From an uncultured virus (IMG/VR IMGVR_UViG_3300027851_000025) (Duplodnaviria; Heunggongvirae; Uroviricota; Caudoviricetes), in the IMG/VR virus record IMGVR_UViG_3300027851_000025: DNA of 64,000 nt. The stretch is one strand, 5' to 3'. Shown piece after piece: positions 9,499 to 19,743 of the stretch (the stretch's first letter is position 1; every line of letters begins with the position of its first letter). Under the pieces are notes generated by a model, which was given only the letters and a program-made list of their open reading frames with translations, did no database searches and was not told where the DNA came from. A program made the translations under genes and the position numbers.

Positions 9499-9687
9499 AT
9501 GATCAAAGAAGAAGCGATAATGTTATTGAAAAAGATAGAAAGCAAACCATCTTCTGAAATAGATCAAGAACAAGATCATATAACTGCCGATAGAATACTT
9601 TTATACTTTCTCAAAACCAATGGATATGACGACTTGGCAGAAGCCTATGAAAGCACAAGAGAGAGAATCGGATTTTTCTATTCTTGA
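9499..9687 (+). CDS. hypothetical protein
   Basis: D.E..H..AD..L pattern seen in small phage proteins; RBS. Confidence 0.55.
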   Translation: MIKEEAIMLLKKIESKPSSEIDQEQDHITADRILLYFLKTNGYDDLAEAYESTRERIGFFYS

Positions 9688-9701
9688 AAATGAGGAAGCG
9701 G

Positions 9702-10286
9702 TTATGCTCTATCCCATATACCCCGGAACTCTTCACGCTCCGGGAATCTCTCCATCAAATCAAACCAATGATCAGTATATCTTGACCTGATTATCTTCAT
9801 GATTCGTTGTTCGGTTACCTCTCTGGTCGGTGGGCGCTGCATCAAAGCAATTTTCAAAGTATCAAGGGTAATTCTGCCTATGCTTCCATCATCAACTATA
9901 TCCCTGTAAAGAACCTTATTGCGATTCAATTTATTCAAAGCCATTTGCAACCATCTGGAAGCTCGTTGCGGGCCGGCATTGACTCCATAGTCAAAAACTT
10001 GCATTGCTATTGCTGGGGAGAGTTGCGACAGATGATCCCCAGCAATTGTATCCCAGAACTTTTCCCGATAAAATGCCAGGACCATTGGTTCCATCAAATC
10101 GACATCAATGGGCTTTCCTTCTTTTATCCACCTATCGATCAAAGGCCATCCTGGCCATCTTGGATGATGGATACGAGAAATTCCTGAATATGTTTCCCCG
10201 CCTGGGTCGAGCTTATTCTTGGTCCGCTTTCCCCGGCCCTCATTCTCCATGGTGGCATTATAAGCCTGAATAAAATAATCAATCAT
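9702..10286 (-). CDS. endolysin, glycoside hydrolase family 108 with peptidoglycan-binding domain
   Basis: EG..DPGGET..GI, FDYGVNAG, LQ..LN..DG.IG..T. Confidence 0.88.
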   Translation of the reverse strand: MIDYFIQAYNATMENEGRGKRTKNKLDPGGETYSGISRIHHPRWPGWPLIDRWIKEGKPIDVDLMEPMVLAFYREKFWDTIAGDHLSQLSPAIAMQVFDYGVNAGPQRASRWLQMALNKLNRNKVLYRDIVDDGSIGRITLDTLKIALMQRPPTREVTEQRIMKIIRSRYTDHWFDLMERFPEREEFRGIWDRA

Positions 10287-10642
10287 TTGATAACCTCTTT
10301 TATCTTGGATACTACTCCCATGCCAATAATAACAATAAACCCGGTAACGCTAAGGGTTAAAACTGTTTTCCAAATTATCTTGCCAGAATCCCCAAAGAAT
10401 CCATTAAAGTTTTGATAAAAGCGCATAGCTTCTTCAACTACTTTTGGGTCCAAATTTTTATAAAATAATGCTGCATCTTCTACGTCTTTAGGATCTAAAT
10501 CTCCAAAGCGACAAGTTCCCCAATGATCACTTGTTTTTTGATGAAGGGCAGCAGCAAGCCTGTTTATATCATCGTCAGTAAATACGTTTGTTCTTCTTTC
10601 GATTATATGCGTACTGTTATTTCCTCGCTCATGAAGATCCAT
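10283..10642 (-). CDS. membrane protein, possible holin
   Basis: C-terminal hydrophobic helix; overlaps the endolysin start. Confidence 0.5.
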   Translation of the reverse strand: MDLHERGNNSTHIIERRTNVFTDDDINRLAAALHQKTSDHWGTCRFGDLDPKDVEDAALFYKNLDPKVVEEAMRFYQNFNGFFGDSGKIIWKTVLTLSVTGFIVIIGMGVVSKIKEVIK

Positions 10643-10658
10643 TTTTGTACTTTCTCCT

Positions 10659-11129
10659 TTATTTGAGTAACCATGCTGCGCTTATTGGTATTTTATACCC
10701 CTGTTCTTTCTTAATCTTCCAGAATACTACCCTTCCAAAAGCATCAACCGACTGACTGTATAGGTCTGGATATCGTAAAGCATGGTTTCTCAATGCAGTT
10801 GGATACTCCCGAGATTTCTTTTCAATAATGGTTTTTGTATTAGCGAACAATCTGGAATTACAAGCATGAAATGCATCCCAAGTCGGAGAAGCGTGTTTAA
10901 AATCCTCATCATGAATCCAACAAGCGGGAGAAAGTTTGATGGATATATTTAAACAACCAGGAAGATGTTTTGTATATCCATACACATAGTCTGGAACAAT
11001 CTTTTGGCCCAAACCATCCCCGGCACCGCAATAACAATCCGGAAATTCTTCATAACTACAGAATGGAAAATGAGGGACAATCTCTTCAATAATTTGCAAC
11101 CCCATCCCTTCCCACATCTGAATTATCAT
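10659..11129 (-). CDS. hypothetical protein (phospholipase A2-like CG..C.IHD pattern)
   Basis: YCGAG...ACWIHDEDF..N..L. Confidence 0.5.
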   Translation of the reverse strand: MIIQMWEGMGLQIIEEIVPHFPFCSYEEFPDCYCGAGDGLGQKIVPDYVYGYTKHLPGCLNISIKLSPACWIHDEDFKHASPTWDAFHACNSRLFANTKTIIEKKSREYPTALRNHALRYPDLYSQSVDAFGRVVFWKIKKEQGYKIPISAAWLLK

Positions 11130-11133
11130 GATT

Positions 11134-11367
11134 TCAAACCTTGTAAGTTCTTACTGTAGGTGCAGATCCCCCACCAGCAACAATCCTGTTCCCCTGAACA
11201 GCCACCCTGGAACCTGGAGTCCAATTGATCGAACTATCGGCATGGAAAAGACCTCCAGAATCATCTCTCAATTGATACCTTCCAACCTTAACGCGTTTGA
11301 CTACAGTAGCATAAAAGCTGCTGGTAGTGGATGGCCGAAACATGTTTTCAAGGAATGTCTTTTTCAT
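11134..11367 (-). CDS. small tail-module protein
   Basis: Beta-rich 77 aa, coupled ORF. Confidence 0.5.
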   Translation of the reverse strand: MKKTFLENMFRPSTTSSFYATVVKRVKVGRYQLRDDSGGLFHADSSINWTPGSRVAVQGNRIVAGGGSAPTVRTYKV

Positions 11368-11672
11368 ACCATCTCCCTTTCAATTTCAACTGCTGAAGTG
11401 GCGGTAAAGGTCCTTCCAGAAACATCAATTGTAACGGAGTATTTCTTTAATTTTCCCCTGTAAGACCCATTAGCCTCGGTCACATTGATTAATGATCCGC
11501 TGGCCATATACGGGAGGAGAATACAATTTCCGTTCTCTAATGATCGATTAGTGGAATGATAGTCAACTTCTCTTGTTCCGCGAGCCAAAGCTACAGGTTC
11601 GGTTACAAGCAATGGATCGACCACATTGGGCCCCCACTTATCGGCAGGAATCCTTTCAACTATTATCTTCAT
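11364..11672 (-). CDS. putative tail protein
   Basis: ATGA-coupled within the tail module. Confidence 0.5.
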   Translation of the reverse strand: MKIIVERIPADKWGPNVVDPLLVTEPVALARGTREVDYHSTNRSLENGNCILLPYMASGSLINVTEANGSYRGKLKKYSVTIDVSGRTFTATSAVEIEREMV

Positions 11673-12166
11673 TTTTCCTCCACATGAATTACGACCCCAA
11701 CTCTATACTGCTCCCCCTCCTCTAAGGTTATTGTTGGAGGGATGAACCGAGCCAAATCGGCACTGTAAGAGTAGGTAATATCTCCAATGCAAGGGGTAGA
11801 AGCGGCTTTAACCTTTCTCCCTGACCTGATAATAGAAGACTGCCTACCGTCAAATACTCCAGTTGGATGGCTGGATGGGTTATGGGTCAAATCATGCTCG
11901 TCCGTCGAATCCTGAAAGAAAATCTCCATCGTGTTTTCGCGATAAACCCTGCCCTGAAGTTCCACCTGGCCAGAAGTCGTTTTAATAGAAGTGACTTCCA
12001 AGTTCGGATCATAGTGCATTAAAAAATAAACATTATCTCCTGGAAAGAAACTTGTCTTTACGTTTCCTTCGTCATCCAAATTCATAGTATCATCCAATTC
12101 CACGACGAACAAGGCATCACTGTCTACCGAGTCTCCAAAAGAAACAACTATTGTTGGTCCACTCAT
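11669..12166 (-). CDS. putative tail protein
   Basis: Beta-rich, coupled within the tail module. Confidence 0.5.
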   Translation of the reverse strand: MSGPTIVVSFGDSVDSDALFVVELDDTMNLDDEGNVKTSFFPGDNVYFLMHYDPNLEVTSIKTTSGQVELQGRVYRENTMEIFFQDSTDEHDLTHNPSSHPTGVFDGRQSSIIRSGRKVKAASTPCIGDITYSYSADLARFIPPTITLEEGEQYRVGVVIHVEEK

Positions 12167-14430
12167 GGTTGAATCTCCGGGAAGAATTGAACATCTTCAA
12201 TATTTGGATCAGTTACGATGAATTTTCTATACTTGGTGGTATAGCTTATGTTAACCAAAGAATTTTCAAGAATAGCAGTGGATATTACTCCGGATTCAGA
12301 AGTTGTTATTACTCCAAGTTCTGCTTCTTTATAATCGGGTAATCCAATAATACCGTATATTGGCTTTGTTGTATTCCCTTCACCACCTACTATTTCAACC
12401 TGTTCATCAAGAATATCTTCTGTTACAACTCCTTCACTTATTACTCCAACCCAAGTGCCACCAGAAGTCCTCAATACAATTGTATCAGTGGATTTAAATG
12501 GAATCTGATATACCAGAATATGCTTAGTTGTTGAATTGATGGGAACCTCTTCCGGAGTCAACCCTTGAGTTCCTTCATCCTGATCTGATATAGAGAAGCG
12601 GTTGAAGCCATCTCTAATATCCGGTTTTGAACTTACTGAAAAGAAATTGTCAGAGTCAGTAAGATAAAAGTCTGGTGAAGCTGTCGACCAATTTGGAACT
12701 GTAATGGGATACTCTGCCCTGCAGATCAAATCACCAGCAGGGGAGCTTTGAAGAACTCCACCAGCAGCCCCTACAATCTTTCGAATGACGGCAAGAGGAG
12801 TTTCACCATTGGCATATAAAGCACCTACCGGAATGAACCAATCTATCATATCCCAGTCGACTGTAATATTCTCCATATCAGCAAGATCCTGAACAATCAC
12901 AGAGGCCATCTTTCCACCAAGTTCCTTTTCTAATCCATCCGCATAAGGAGCATCTAAAAGAATTGTTTTGGATGCCATTGGAACATAATATTCAGTCAAT
13001 CCTGGCTGGCGAGACTTCCAAGGGCCCTCCACCAATAAGTGGTATTCCGTGCCATCAATTGGAATAGTTAATTCAGTTTCTACATGAACGCAAGAAATCC
13101 ACTCTGCTTCATCTGCAAGATGAATTTCACCCTTAATTGCAAACTCCTCTTCATCTACTTCAATTTCAATATGGTAAGGATGGAGTGTCTTTTGAGGAAA
13201 TAACGAAGTGGCAGAAGCGGTAACAGAGGTTACTGGCTTCTGAAGAGTTATCCCAGATGGTTGAATAATGTATACCTGATCCAATAATTTCTGAATCAAC
13301 TCGGTATCTTTTATGTTGTAGGCCTGCTCAGCCAGGGCCAGGTAGCGGTCGCCAGCGACCGAGTAGCGCTGTTCCATCATCGCCAGCAGCCCGGCATTGA
13401 GGCCCCAGTCCTGATCGAGCCCGGCCCGCAGCCGCAGGGCGTCGCCGTAGGGTTGGGCGACAAGACGCCGCAGCATGGCCGCCGGCCCCCAGTACTGTTC
13501 GAGCAGTTGGCGCACCACCGGCACATCACCGTAATACTGGGTCAGGGCCTGGAGTATCCGCAGCGACCAGTCCTGATTGACCACGTTACGCAGCGACAAC
13601 ATCAGGTTCCAGTCCTGGGCCAGCAGGGCGCGGGGTGATCCTTCCAGGGCGTAGAGCTGGTCGAGGATGGCGCGGATGGAGGTTATATCCGGGATCGTCG
13701 GGGCAGCGGATTTGTAGGGGTGGTCCGATCGTAACGACGATACCAAGCCCCAATCCCAAGCGAGATACCCCTCGCACATCTCGTATTGGTCGACGGTGAA
13801 TCCGGCAGGTAGGATGATTAATTCCGCCAGGAGACCACCAAGAAAAGATGACCCATTCCCAGCCCTCACCCCCAAGGACAATGCAGTTCCAATTTGCGAT
13901 GCGGATGCTGTATTGGTTACAGCAGTTCCAGGCGTGCCGTTCAGACGCATACGCAGCGATCCTGATAGCCGCGTGAACCCGGCAATAAATGGCACGTTGC
14001 TAGAGATAGCGATCCCGGCAGGGCTGTTTGATGTCCCACCAACGAAACAGGTAATATTGCCCTGATAATTGTACAGTTCAAATCCAGTGTAATTCTTTGA
14101 GATAATAGTATTTTGCGATGTTGTACCTTTGCTGACGTTAGTCATACTGCAAACAGCCAAAACAGCAAAATCCCCTGTTCCAAATTGCAGCCCGGCTGTG
14201 TCGGCGATACTGAGATTATCGCTGCTGCCATCAAACGTCGCCACGTCCTGACTGTTCAGCCCTCCAGATGTTAATGCTGGCTGGGCGGACGTGGTATTCT
14301 GCACCGCGTTTCTGTTATTTGCTGACTTATCCCCGAGAATTTTTATCCCTGTCTCAATAGTTACGGTAGACGAATCCTCCGGCCTGCCCCAAAACGCGGT
14401 GGTTATTTCCGCCGGTGTCCACAGAGCCAT
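12163..14430 (-). CDS. tail tip protein: N-terminal LamG/ConA-like domain, internal repeats, hub-like C-terminus
   Basis: WTPA..DKS.N..QP..FDG..D..EGYLAW.WGL..HPY; about 10 LxQx(Y/W) repeats. Confidence 0.6.
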   Translation of the reverse strand: MALWTPAEITTAFWGRPEDSSTVTIETGIKILGDKSANNRNAVQNTTSAQPALTSGGLNSQDVATFDGSSDNLSIADTAGLQFGTGDFAVLAVCSMTNVSKGTTSQNTIISKNYTGFELYNYQGNITCFVGGTSNSPAGIAISSNVPFIAGFTRLSGSLRMRLNGTPGTAVTNTASASQIGTALSLGVRAGNGSSFLGGLLAELIILPAGFTVDQYEMCEGYLAWDWGLVSSLRSDHPYKSAAPTIPDITSIRAILDQLYALEGSPRALLAQDWNLMLSLRNVVNQDWSLRILQALTQYYGDVPVVRQLLEQYWGPAAMLRRLVAQPYGDALRLRAGLDQDWGLNAGLLAMMEQRYSVAGDRYLALAEQAYNIKDTELIQKLLDQVYIIQPSGITLQKPVTSVTASATSLFPQKTLHPYHIEIEVDEEEFAIKGEIHLADEAEWISCVHVETELTIPIDGTEYHLLVEGPWKSRQPGLTEYYVPMASKTILLDAPYADGLEKELGGKMASVIVQDLADMENITVDWDMIDWFIPVGALYANGETPLAVIRKIVGAAGGVLQSSPAGDLICRAEYPITVPNWSTASPDFYLTDSDNFFSVSSKPDIRDGFNRFSISDQDEGTQGLTPEEVPINSTTKHILVYQIPFKSTDTIVLRTSGGTWVGVISEGVVTEDILDEQVEIVGGEGNTTKPIYGIIGLPDYKEAELGVITTSESGVISTAILENSLVNISYTTKYRKFIVTDPNIEDVQFFPEIQP

Positions 14431-14792
14431 TATCTGTCACCCCGCACGATATACTCGGTATGGCCGCACATCCCATCCCGCCACGGCTGGTCAGTTGCCG
14501 GGCGGTTCTGGCATTGGATGGCATGGGTGGCAGTTGCACTTCTGTCTGCGGGCGGAAGCGGCACAATCACAGCCGAGCTGCCACACACTGCGCAGGTGAC
14601 TACATTATCAGGTCGCCGTCTGCGAGATGCCCGGATAACAGGTGCAGCCCCATCTGTAATGGCTCCAATCCTAATATCTACCTCAGATGCCAATGCACTA
14701 CGGAAACTCTCAATGGTTTCTCTTGTCGTTATGGCCTGGTCAACAAGGATCAACAGTGATTGGAGTGACGACAGCGATAATGATTTGATCAT
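14430..14792 (-). CDS. hypothetical protein with Cys pairs
   Basis: CAVCG, CQN, CGH; fills the gap between coupled genes. Confidence 0.5.
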   Translation of the reverse strand: MIKSLSLSSLQSLLILVDQAITTRETIESFRSALASEVDIRIGAITDGAAPVIRASRRRRPDNVVTCAVCGSSAVIVPLPPADRSATATHAIQCQNRPATDQPWRDGMCGHTEYIVRGDR

Positions 14793-14800
14793 TGTTACCC

Positions 14801-16570
14801 TCAGCAGATAAATTTACATTGACCAAGAGCAGGACATGTACAATCCGACCCTGGGAGTCGTGAAATTGGTGGAGGACTATAGTTTGGTGGGCCAACCAGT
14901 GATATCTCAGAGTAGATATCAAGGTCGGCAATCGTAGCCAGTAAGTGGTCAAGGGCCACCCTACTGTTCAAGCTTGGCCCCCAATTCGATTGCGTCCAAC
15001 CACCATTAATCCATTCGTATGGAATCACTACAAGATCATAATATGTATCAAAATAAGGACCAATACTTTCTACCGCGCGCAAAGAGCAGCCATCAGTGGC
15101 TAAAGTATTTCGGTACGAGGCATCTTGAGCCCAATACCATCCATAAAGCATCCGGCAATCTACCCACTCACCCACAGTTGATCGCACTGAACCAGATATA
15201 ACTGTACAGCCATCAGTTACCTCTATTGCTCCTGTTCCACAGGCTTGAGCACCGGCGTATATCCATATATACGGAGTATTGGAAACCCCATCCCGTAAGG
15301 TATGCGCAGAGTTGAGCCAGAAATCATTGCCACGCACCGACCAGTGATAATTGCCGGACCCGCCGGTGACGCCGACGATGCCGGAGGTGTTAGGGGCGAG
15401 TACTTCAACCGAGGTGTCGCTGTCCCAGGCCATAGGTTCAACCTCATCGCAGCAGTTGTGCTGGATGATCCTGGTCTCCTCGTACCTGGTGCCGCAGCCT
15501 TCCGGGGTGATCGGGCCGAGGCCGATAAACTCTATCGGTCCGGGCCAGGCGGCGGTCAGCTCGGCTATTTTAGCCTCGGACAGGCCCTTGCCGCCTTCGC
15601 GGCGGGAAGTGCGGGTGCGGCAGCCGTCGAACGAGCCGGGGACGCAGCAGGTCTTCTCGTAGAACCATGGCTCGGTCACCGGGCTGCCGAAGGGGGCGAG
15701 CGGGTAATAGTCGATGCAGCCGTAGACCGGCTCGGGCGGCGGTGGTGGTTCCGGCTCAGGTTCTTCATCCTCGCTCTCAGTCCAGGAGGTATTGCCGCCC
15801 CAGCCGCAGACCTCCGCCAGGGTTGCATCGGAATCATCGGGCGGCGGCGTGATGTCACACGGAAACACCTGGTAGTGATAAAACGCCAGGGCGGTGCTGT
15901 CCTGCGGCTCGCCCAGATCCGAGCCGACATAGTTGGGAACGCCGGGGATCTCGACCGTTACGAGATCGTGGATGCTGGCGTATTCGGCGCGGATCGTCCC
16001 GGTGGCAGTCCCGGCCCAGAACAGGGTATTGCCGGCGGCCTTGATGGTCGGCGGCTCGATCGGGCCATTCGGACCGATCACCGTTCCCTGCCAGGTGCAG
16101 CGCAGACCGGACTGCACAGGCATCGTCAATACGGCCGAGGTGGCCCCCTTGACGTCGATGGATTCGGCCACCTGGCTCTCAACGATCGCCGTTTCCAAAA
16201 TCTCCCCGACCGACAGCCGCAGCGTGTAGGGGATGGCTGGATGGCTGCGGACTATTTTCAGGTCGGCCCTGTACGTCCCGGTCAATCGGCGCTCGCAGGC
16301 GGTGAGGTCAACCTCGACCGTCTCGGATATCTTGTCGAGGGCCTCCGTCATGTCGGCAGGTGGTTCCTCCACCGGCTCAGTACCGCTCTCGATCGGGTCT
16401 TTGCAGGGGCTCAGATCAAACAGGGCGTCGATCATCGCCGCCGCTTCGCCGGTAGTGAGTTTCTCGTCCGGTACAACCTGAGCGATGGTCAGCCAGTAGC
16501 CGTCTTCGGGGGCGATGATACCGGCGTTTGGGTCGGCAACGATACGGATGGTGAGGTTGTGGGTGTTCAT
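14801..16570 (-). CDS. Cys-rich putative tail tip/adsorption protein
   Basis: 589 aa, Pro/Glu linker, CC pairs; tail-module position. Confidence 0.55.
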   Translation of the reverse strand: MNTHNLTIRIVADPNAGIIAPEDGYWLTIAQVVPDEKLTTGEAAAMIDALFDLSPCKDPIESGTEPVEEPPADMTEALDKISETVEVDLTACERRLTGTYRADLKIVRSHPAIPYTLRLSVGEILETAIVESQVAESIDVKGATSAVLTMPVQSGLRCTWQGTVIGPNGPIEPPTIKAAGNTLFWAGTATGTIRAEYASIHDLVTVEIPGVPNYVGSDLGEPQDSTALAFYHYQVFPCDITPPPDDSDATLAEVCGWGGNTSWTESEDEEPEPEPPPPPEPVYGCIDYYPLAPFGSPVTEPWFYEKTCCVPGSFDGCRTRTSRREGGKGLSEAKIAELTAAWPGPIEFIGLGPITPEGCGTRYEETRIIQHNCCDEVEPMAWDSDTSVEVLAPNTSGIVGVTGGSGNYHWSVRGNDFWLNSAHTLRDGVSNTPYIWIYAGAQACGTGAIEVTDGCTVISGSVRSTVGEWVDCRMLYGWYWAQDASYRNTLATDGCSLRAVESIGPYFDTYYDLVVIPYEWINGGWTQSNWGPSLNSRVALDHLLATIADLDIYSEISLVGPPNYSPPPISRLPGSDCTCPALGQCKFIC

Positions 16571-17556
16571 ATAATCCCGAACCCCCCCATCGGCGCGGCG
16601 GTGACCGACATCCCGCTGATATCGACGCAGTATTTCATCGGGTCGATCCCGTCCCAGATGGTCACGATTTCCCCGGTGCAGGTCGAGTAATAGACCTGCC
16701 GGGTCGATACCTCCTTACACAGCAGGACGATGATGCGGTTCATATCGGGGCAGAACGCCAGGGCCTCTTCGACGCAGGGCGGGATCTCGAGGCGGAGCTG
16801 GTCGGTGTCGGTGCTGCCGTCGGCCTCGGTCCAGGCGGCGGTGATGGTGTTCTGCAGGTTCTCGATCTTGTAGCCGTTCATTCGGGTTGGCCGTTTCGGC
16901 ACATAGACCAGGATGCCATTATCCTCGTATTCCTCCTGTTCCTCGGTCTGGAGGATCTCCTGCTCTTCCTCGCTCAGTTCCTCCTCGGTCAGCGGCTTGT
17001 GGAGGATCATTTCGGAGACGTGGTAATAGCCGCATGCCGTGCCATTGAGGCGCAGGCCGCCGAACACCTCGGTCGAGAACTCCAGCCATGATCTGTGATT
17101 GGTAATCGCCGGACTGGAAATCTCTGCCCCATAGCGGTCGAAACAGGGGCTCTCCCATTCCCAGCTCAGATCCTCCATATAATAGGGGAGGTCGATCCGG
17201 TTGGAGTTATTGACAAACAATGAAAATTCCTTGTCCTTGCGGATGATCTGGGCCGTGCCAACGGTACCGATTGCCGCCGACAGGGCGTAGGCCAGGTCGG
17301 GGTGCGACGGCCAGACATAGACCCCGAGCCAGACATAGATGTCGTCACCGGCAAACCCGACCGGGCAGCCGGGCGGGCGCATGGTCTGGGCCGATTGGCC
17401 GGTGACAGCCCTGGTCCACATCTTATAGATATCACGGGCGCTGGCGTAATAGGCCAGCCGTGACGGCCTCACCTGCTCGAGGCGGACCCAGACGTCATCC
17501 CCGGCGGCGGTCTGCTCCTGCCCGGTAATGGCTATGCGCAGCGATTCGGTGCTCAC
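16567..17556 (-). CDS. putative tail protein
   Basis: Shares VY(V/A)(W/Y)PS.PDL.Y motif with 17553-18320. Confidence 0.55.
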   Translation of the reverse strand: MSTESLRIAITGQEQTAAGDDVWVRLEQVRPSRLAYYASARDIYKMWTRAVTGQSAQTMRPPGCPVGFAGDDIYVWLGVYVWPSHPDLAYALSAAIGTVGTAQIIRKDKEFSLFVNNSNRIDLPYYMEDLSWEWESPCFDRYGAEISSPAITNHRSWLEFSTEVFGGLRLNGTACGYYHVSEMILHKPLTEEELSEEEQEILQTEEQEEYEDNGILVYVPKRPTRMNGYKIENLQNTITAAWTEADGSTDTDQLRLEIPPCVEEALAFCPDMNRIIVLLCKEVSTRQVYYSTCTGEIVTIWDGIDPMKYCVDISGMSVTAAPMGGFGII

Positions 17557-18320
17557 TGGTCCTCCACCGGCAGACCGGAACAGTAGTCGATGTCGATGTA
17601 CTCGTCCTCTGGGTCGACATGGTCGGGCGGCTGGCGGTCATCGATCAAATCCACCATTCCGGCGCTGTGGTTGTAATTGCATTCCCCCTCCTCAGCCCCT
17701 TCCGGCTGCTCGATCTCGATCACGGTGTTGCCGCCGGACCAGCAGGCGTAGACGTGGCTCTGGACGGTGTTCTCCTCGGCCTCCGAGCGAGCGGGAATGG
17801 CCATCGTGTAGAGATGGCGGTGGACCTTGTATGAGACCAGCAACGTGCCGTAGACTCTGGCAGCGATGCGAATCCTGCCGTCAACCACCGTCACCGCCGG
17901 GCGGGTCAGGACATCCCCCTCAGGCGAGTAGGCGTCACCGATCCAGGTATAGCCGGTGACCGACAACGGCGGGTATCTGGTTTCCAGCTCGGTCTGCAGG
18001 TTGCACTGGATGGCCTCCTGGAAATCGCTCTCGTTGATCCGCCGTGGCCCGAGCGTCCCCCAGGTGCAGCCGATCAGGTAGTTGAGATCGGGGCGGCTCG
18101 GGTAGGCGTAGACGGTGCGCGGTTGCAGGGTCGGGCAATTGGCCTCGGGCGGATCGGCGGCGAACAGCAGGTGGTTGATATAGCGCAGCATGGCGAACTT
18201 GGTGATATAGCCCAGGTTCGCCTCCCATCGCTCCTGCTCCAGCAGCACGAAATCGTCGTTGTCGCGCGTTTGGGTCGGCGACATGTAATTGATCCGAAGT
18301 GGGTGGCGCTCGGAGGTCAT
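17553..18320 (-). CDS. putative tail protein
   Basis: LEQ..VYAYPSRPDLNY; appears paralogous to its neighbour. Confidence 0.55.
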   Translation of the reverse strand: MTSERHPLRINYMSPTQTRDNDDFVLLEQERWEANLGYITKFAMLRYINHLLFAADPPEANCPTLQPRTVYAYPSRPDLNYLIGCTWGTLGPRRINESDFQEAIQCNLQTELETRYPPLSVTGYTWIGDAYSPEGDVLTRPAVTVVDGRIRIAARVYGTLLVSYKVHRHLYTMAIPARSEAEENTVQSHVYACWSGGNTVIEIEQPEGAEEGECNYNHSAGMVDLIDDRQPPDHVDPEDEYIDIDYCSGLPVEDQ

Positions 18321-19357
18321 TATACCGCCTCTCCAACAATCACTTGAGTTACTCGATTGTTTGCCAAAGAGGCGGTAGCTGCAGGGATTACCCGCTTCTG
18401 GCCCATCCCAATAGCGGCAGGATGAGTAGTAAAAGTTACGGTGTCACCAGCTTCCCAAGTGCCTCCCCAAGCCTCTGTTTCAATAGTGAAATAAGGTTTA
18501 GTGAAGGTGGAGTTGTTTGGGGCGAAATCGGATGAAATTATTCCAGTAGCAACAGCCGCCCCGAGTGAATCACCTGACAATGTGAAGTGGGTGGCGTCGG
18601 TGAAAGTCAGGGTCCAGTCCTCATCCACCGTTCCAATGTTGTCCAAAATGATTGGGTAAGTGGAATCGTCCAAAGTTCCAGAAGTACTGGTAATGTTCGG
18701 AGTTGTATAACTTGTTTCAATATCAGCAGGCATATACATAGAGGAGACTCTTGGAGAAGCCTGCGTAGGAGTAGAAGCCGCTGTATAGTTATTGGCAATC
18801 AACTCAGTGACCGTAATAGTAACTTCAAGACCATCAGAGGAAACAACAGGCGCTCCATTAATAGTCAATATCTCCTCATTCCCAGTAAGGGCATCCGCTG
18901 TTGCTTTATCCGTCAATTTGATCTTGTCGGTATCGAAAAAGATTTGGTCATCCCCATCGGATAAGGCGGCGTTCTTTACATTAACTACAATTGTCTGAGC
19001 TCCAGCGGTTATATTCTCGGCAAGATAGGCGGTACCATACTTCCTTTCGGTATCTGCTCCGGTTTCATACCCGGTAATATCCGCTATGGTATCCCGTTGT
19101 CCCATAACAAACAACATTACATATTCTGTCAGGGATTTGGTGGGTGCATCCAAATAGATTTCCGGATCCAAGAGTGTACCATCAGCATCATCTGCAACTT
19201 TCCAGAAGGTCTTTACATAATCGAAATGCCCTGCTGTTCTTTGAGAACTGGTAACATGAGGGAAGACGTTCTGCAACACTCCACTGGTAACCGGGGAGGC
19301 CCCATCCATCCTTCCATTCATCTTTGCTTTGTAAACTTTCAAATCAGTATTCAGCAT
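18320..19357 (-). CDS. minor tail protein
   Basis: ATG at 19357 with GAGG RBS; NVFP.V....R..G...K.F motif; Thr-rich beta composition. Confidence 0.6.
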   Translation of the reverse strand: MLNTDLKVYKAKMNGRMDGASPVTSGVLQNVFPHVTSSQRTAGHFDYVKTFWKVADDADGTLLDPEIYLDAPTKSLTEYVMLFVMGQRDTIADITGYETGADTERKYGTAYLAENITAGAQTIVVNVKNAALSDGDDQIFFDTDKIKLTDKATADALTGNEEILTINGAPVVSSDGLEVTITVTELIANNYTAASTPTQASPRVSSMYMPADIETSYTTPNITSTSGTLDDSTYPIILDNIGTVDEDWTLTFTDATHFTLSGDSLGAAVATGIISSDFAPNNSTFTKPYFTIETEAWGGTWEAGDTVTFTTHPAAIGMGQKRVIPAATASLANNRVTQVIVGEAV

Positions 19358-19359
19358 AT

Positions 19360-19743
19360 TTACACCCTCATCAAAGTTATGGAGCCCAAGTATTTTTCCA
19401 GGGCATCGAAGGTGGACTGCCACAGAACCTTCTCAACCTGAATCCCATCATTTTTCACAATCACATTTACCGACTCCCCATGATAAGAGAGAGAAACTAC
19501 CGTTCCAGCATCTCGATATGCTCGGATTCCTTCCAATTGAGACTGGGTGAAATAACCTTTTCGAACATTGTTTTCTTCAATAGCTTCCAAAACAATTTCA
19601 GAGGAATTGGAGGCAATATCCCTTTGAACAATCACCTTCCCTCCAAGTGTGACCATCTCTGAGCCAGGAACAACCGGCTCGTTCCACCGGCCTCTCCAAG
19701 AGACATGATCGTTCAATGAGATGGTTCCCAAAGTAATAGTCAT
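19360..19743 (-). CDS. distal-tail-like protein
   Basis: Directly after tape measure; ITLG.I.L..W...TL.G pattern. Confidence 0.55.
   Translation of the reverse strand: MTITLGTISLNDHVSWRGRWNEPVVPGSEMVTLGGKVIVQRDIASNSSEIVLEAIEENNVRKGYFTQSQLEGIRAYRDAGTVVSLSYHGESVNVIVKNDGIQVEKVLWQSTFDALEKYLGSITLMRV

Noticed and set aside
15302..16690. 462-aa plus-strand ORF
   Set aside because: Antisense shadow of a GC-rich tail gene; no motifs.
12163..18320. Diversity-generating retroelement acting on tail genes
   Set aside because: No reverse transcriptase and no template/variable repeat pair differing at adenines was seen in the window.
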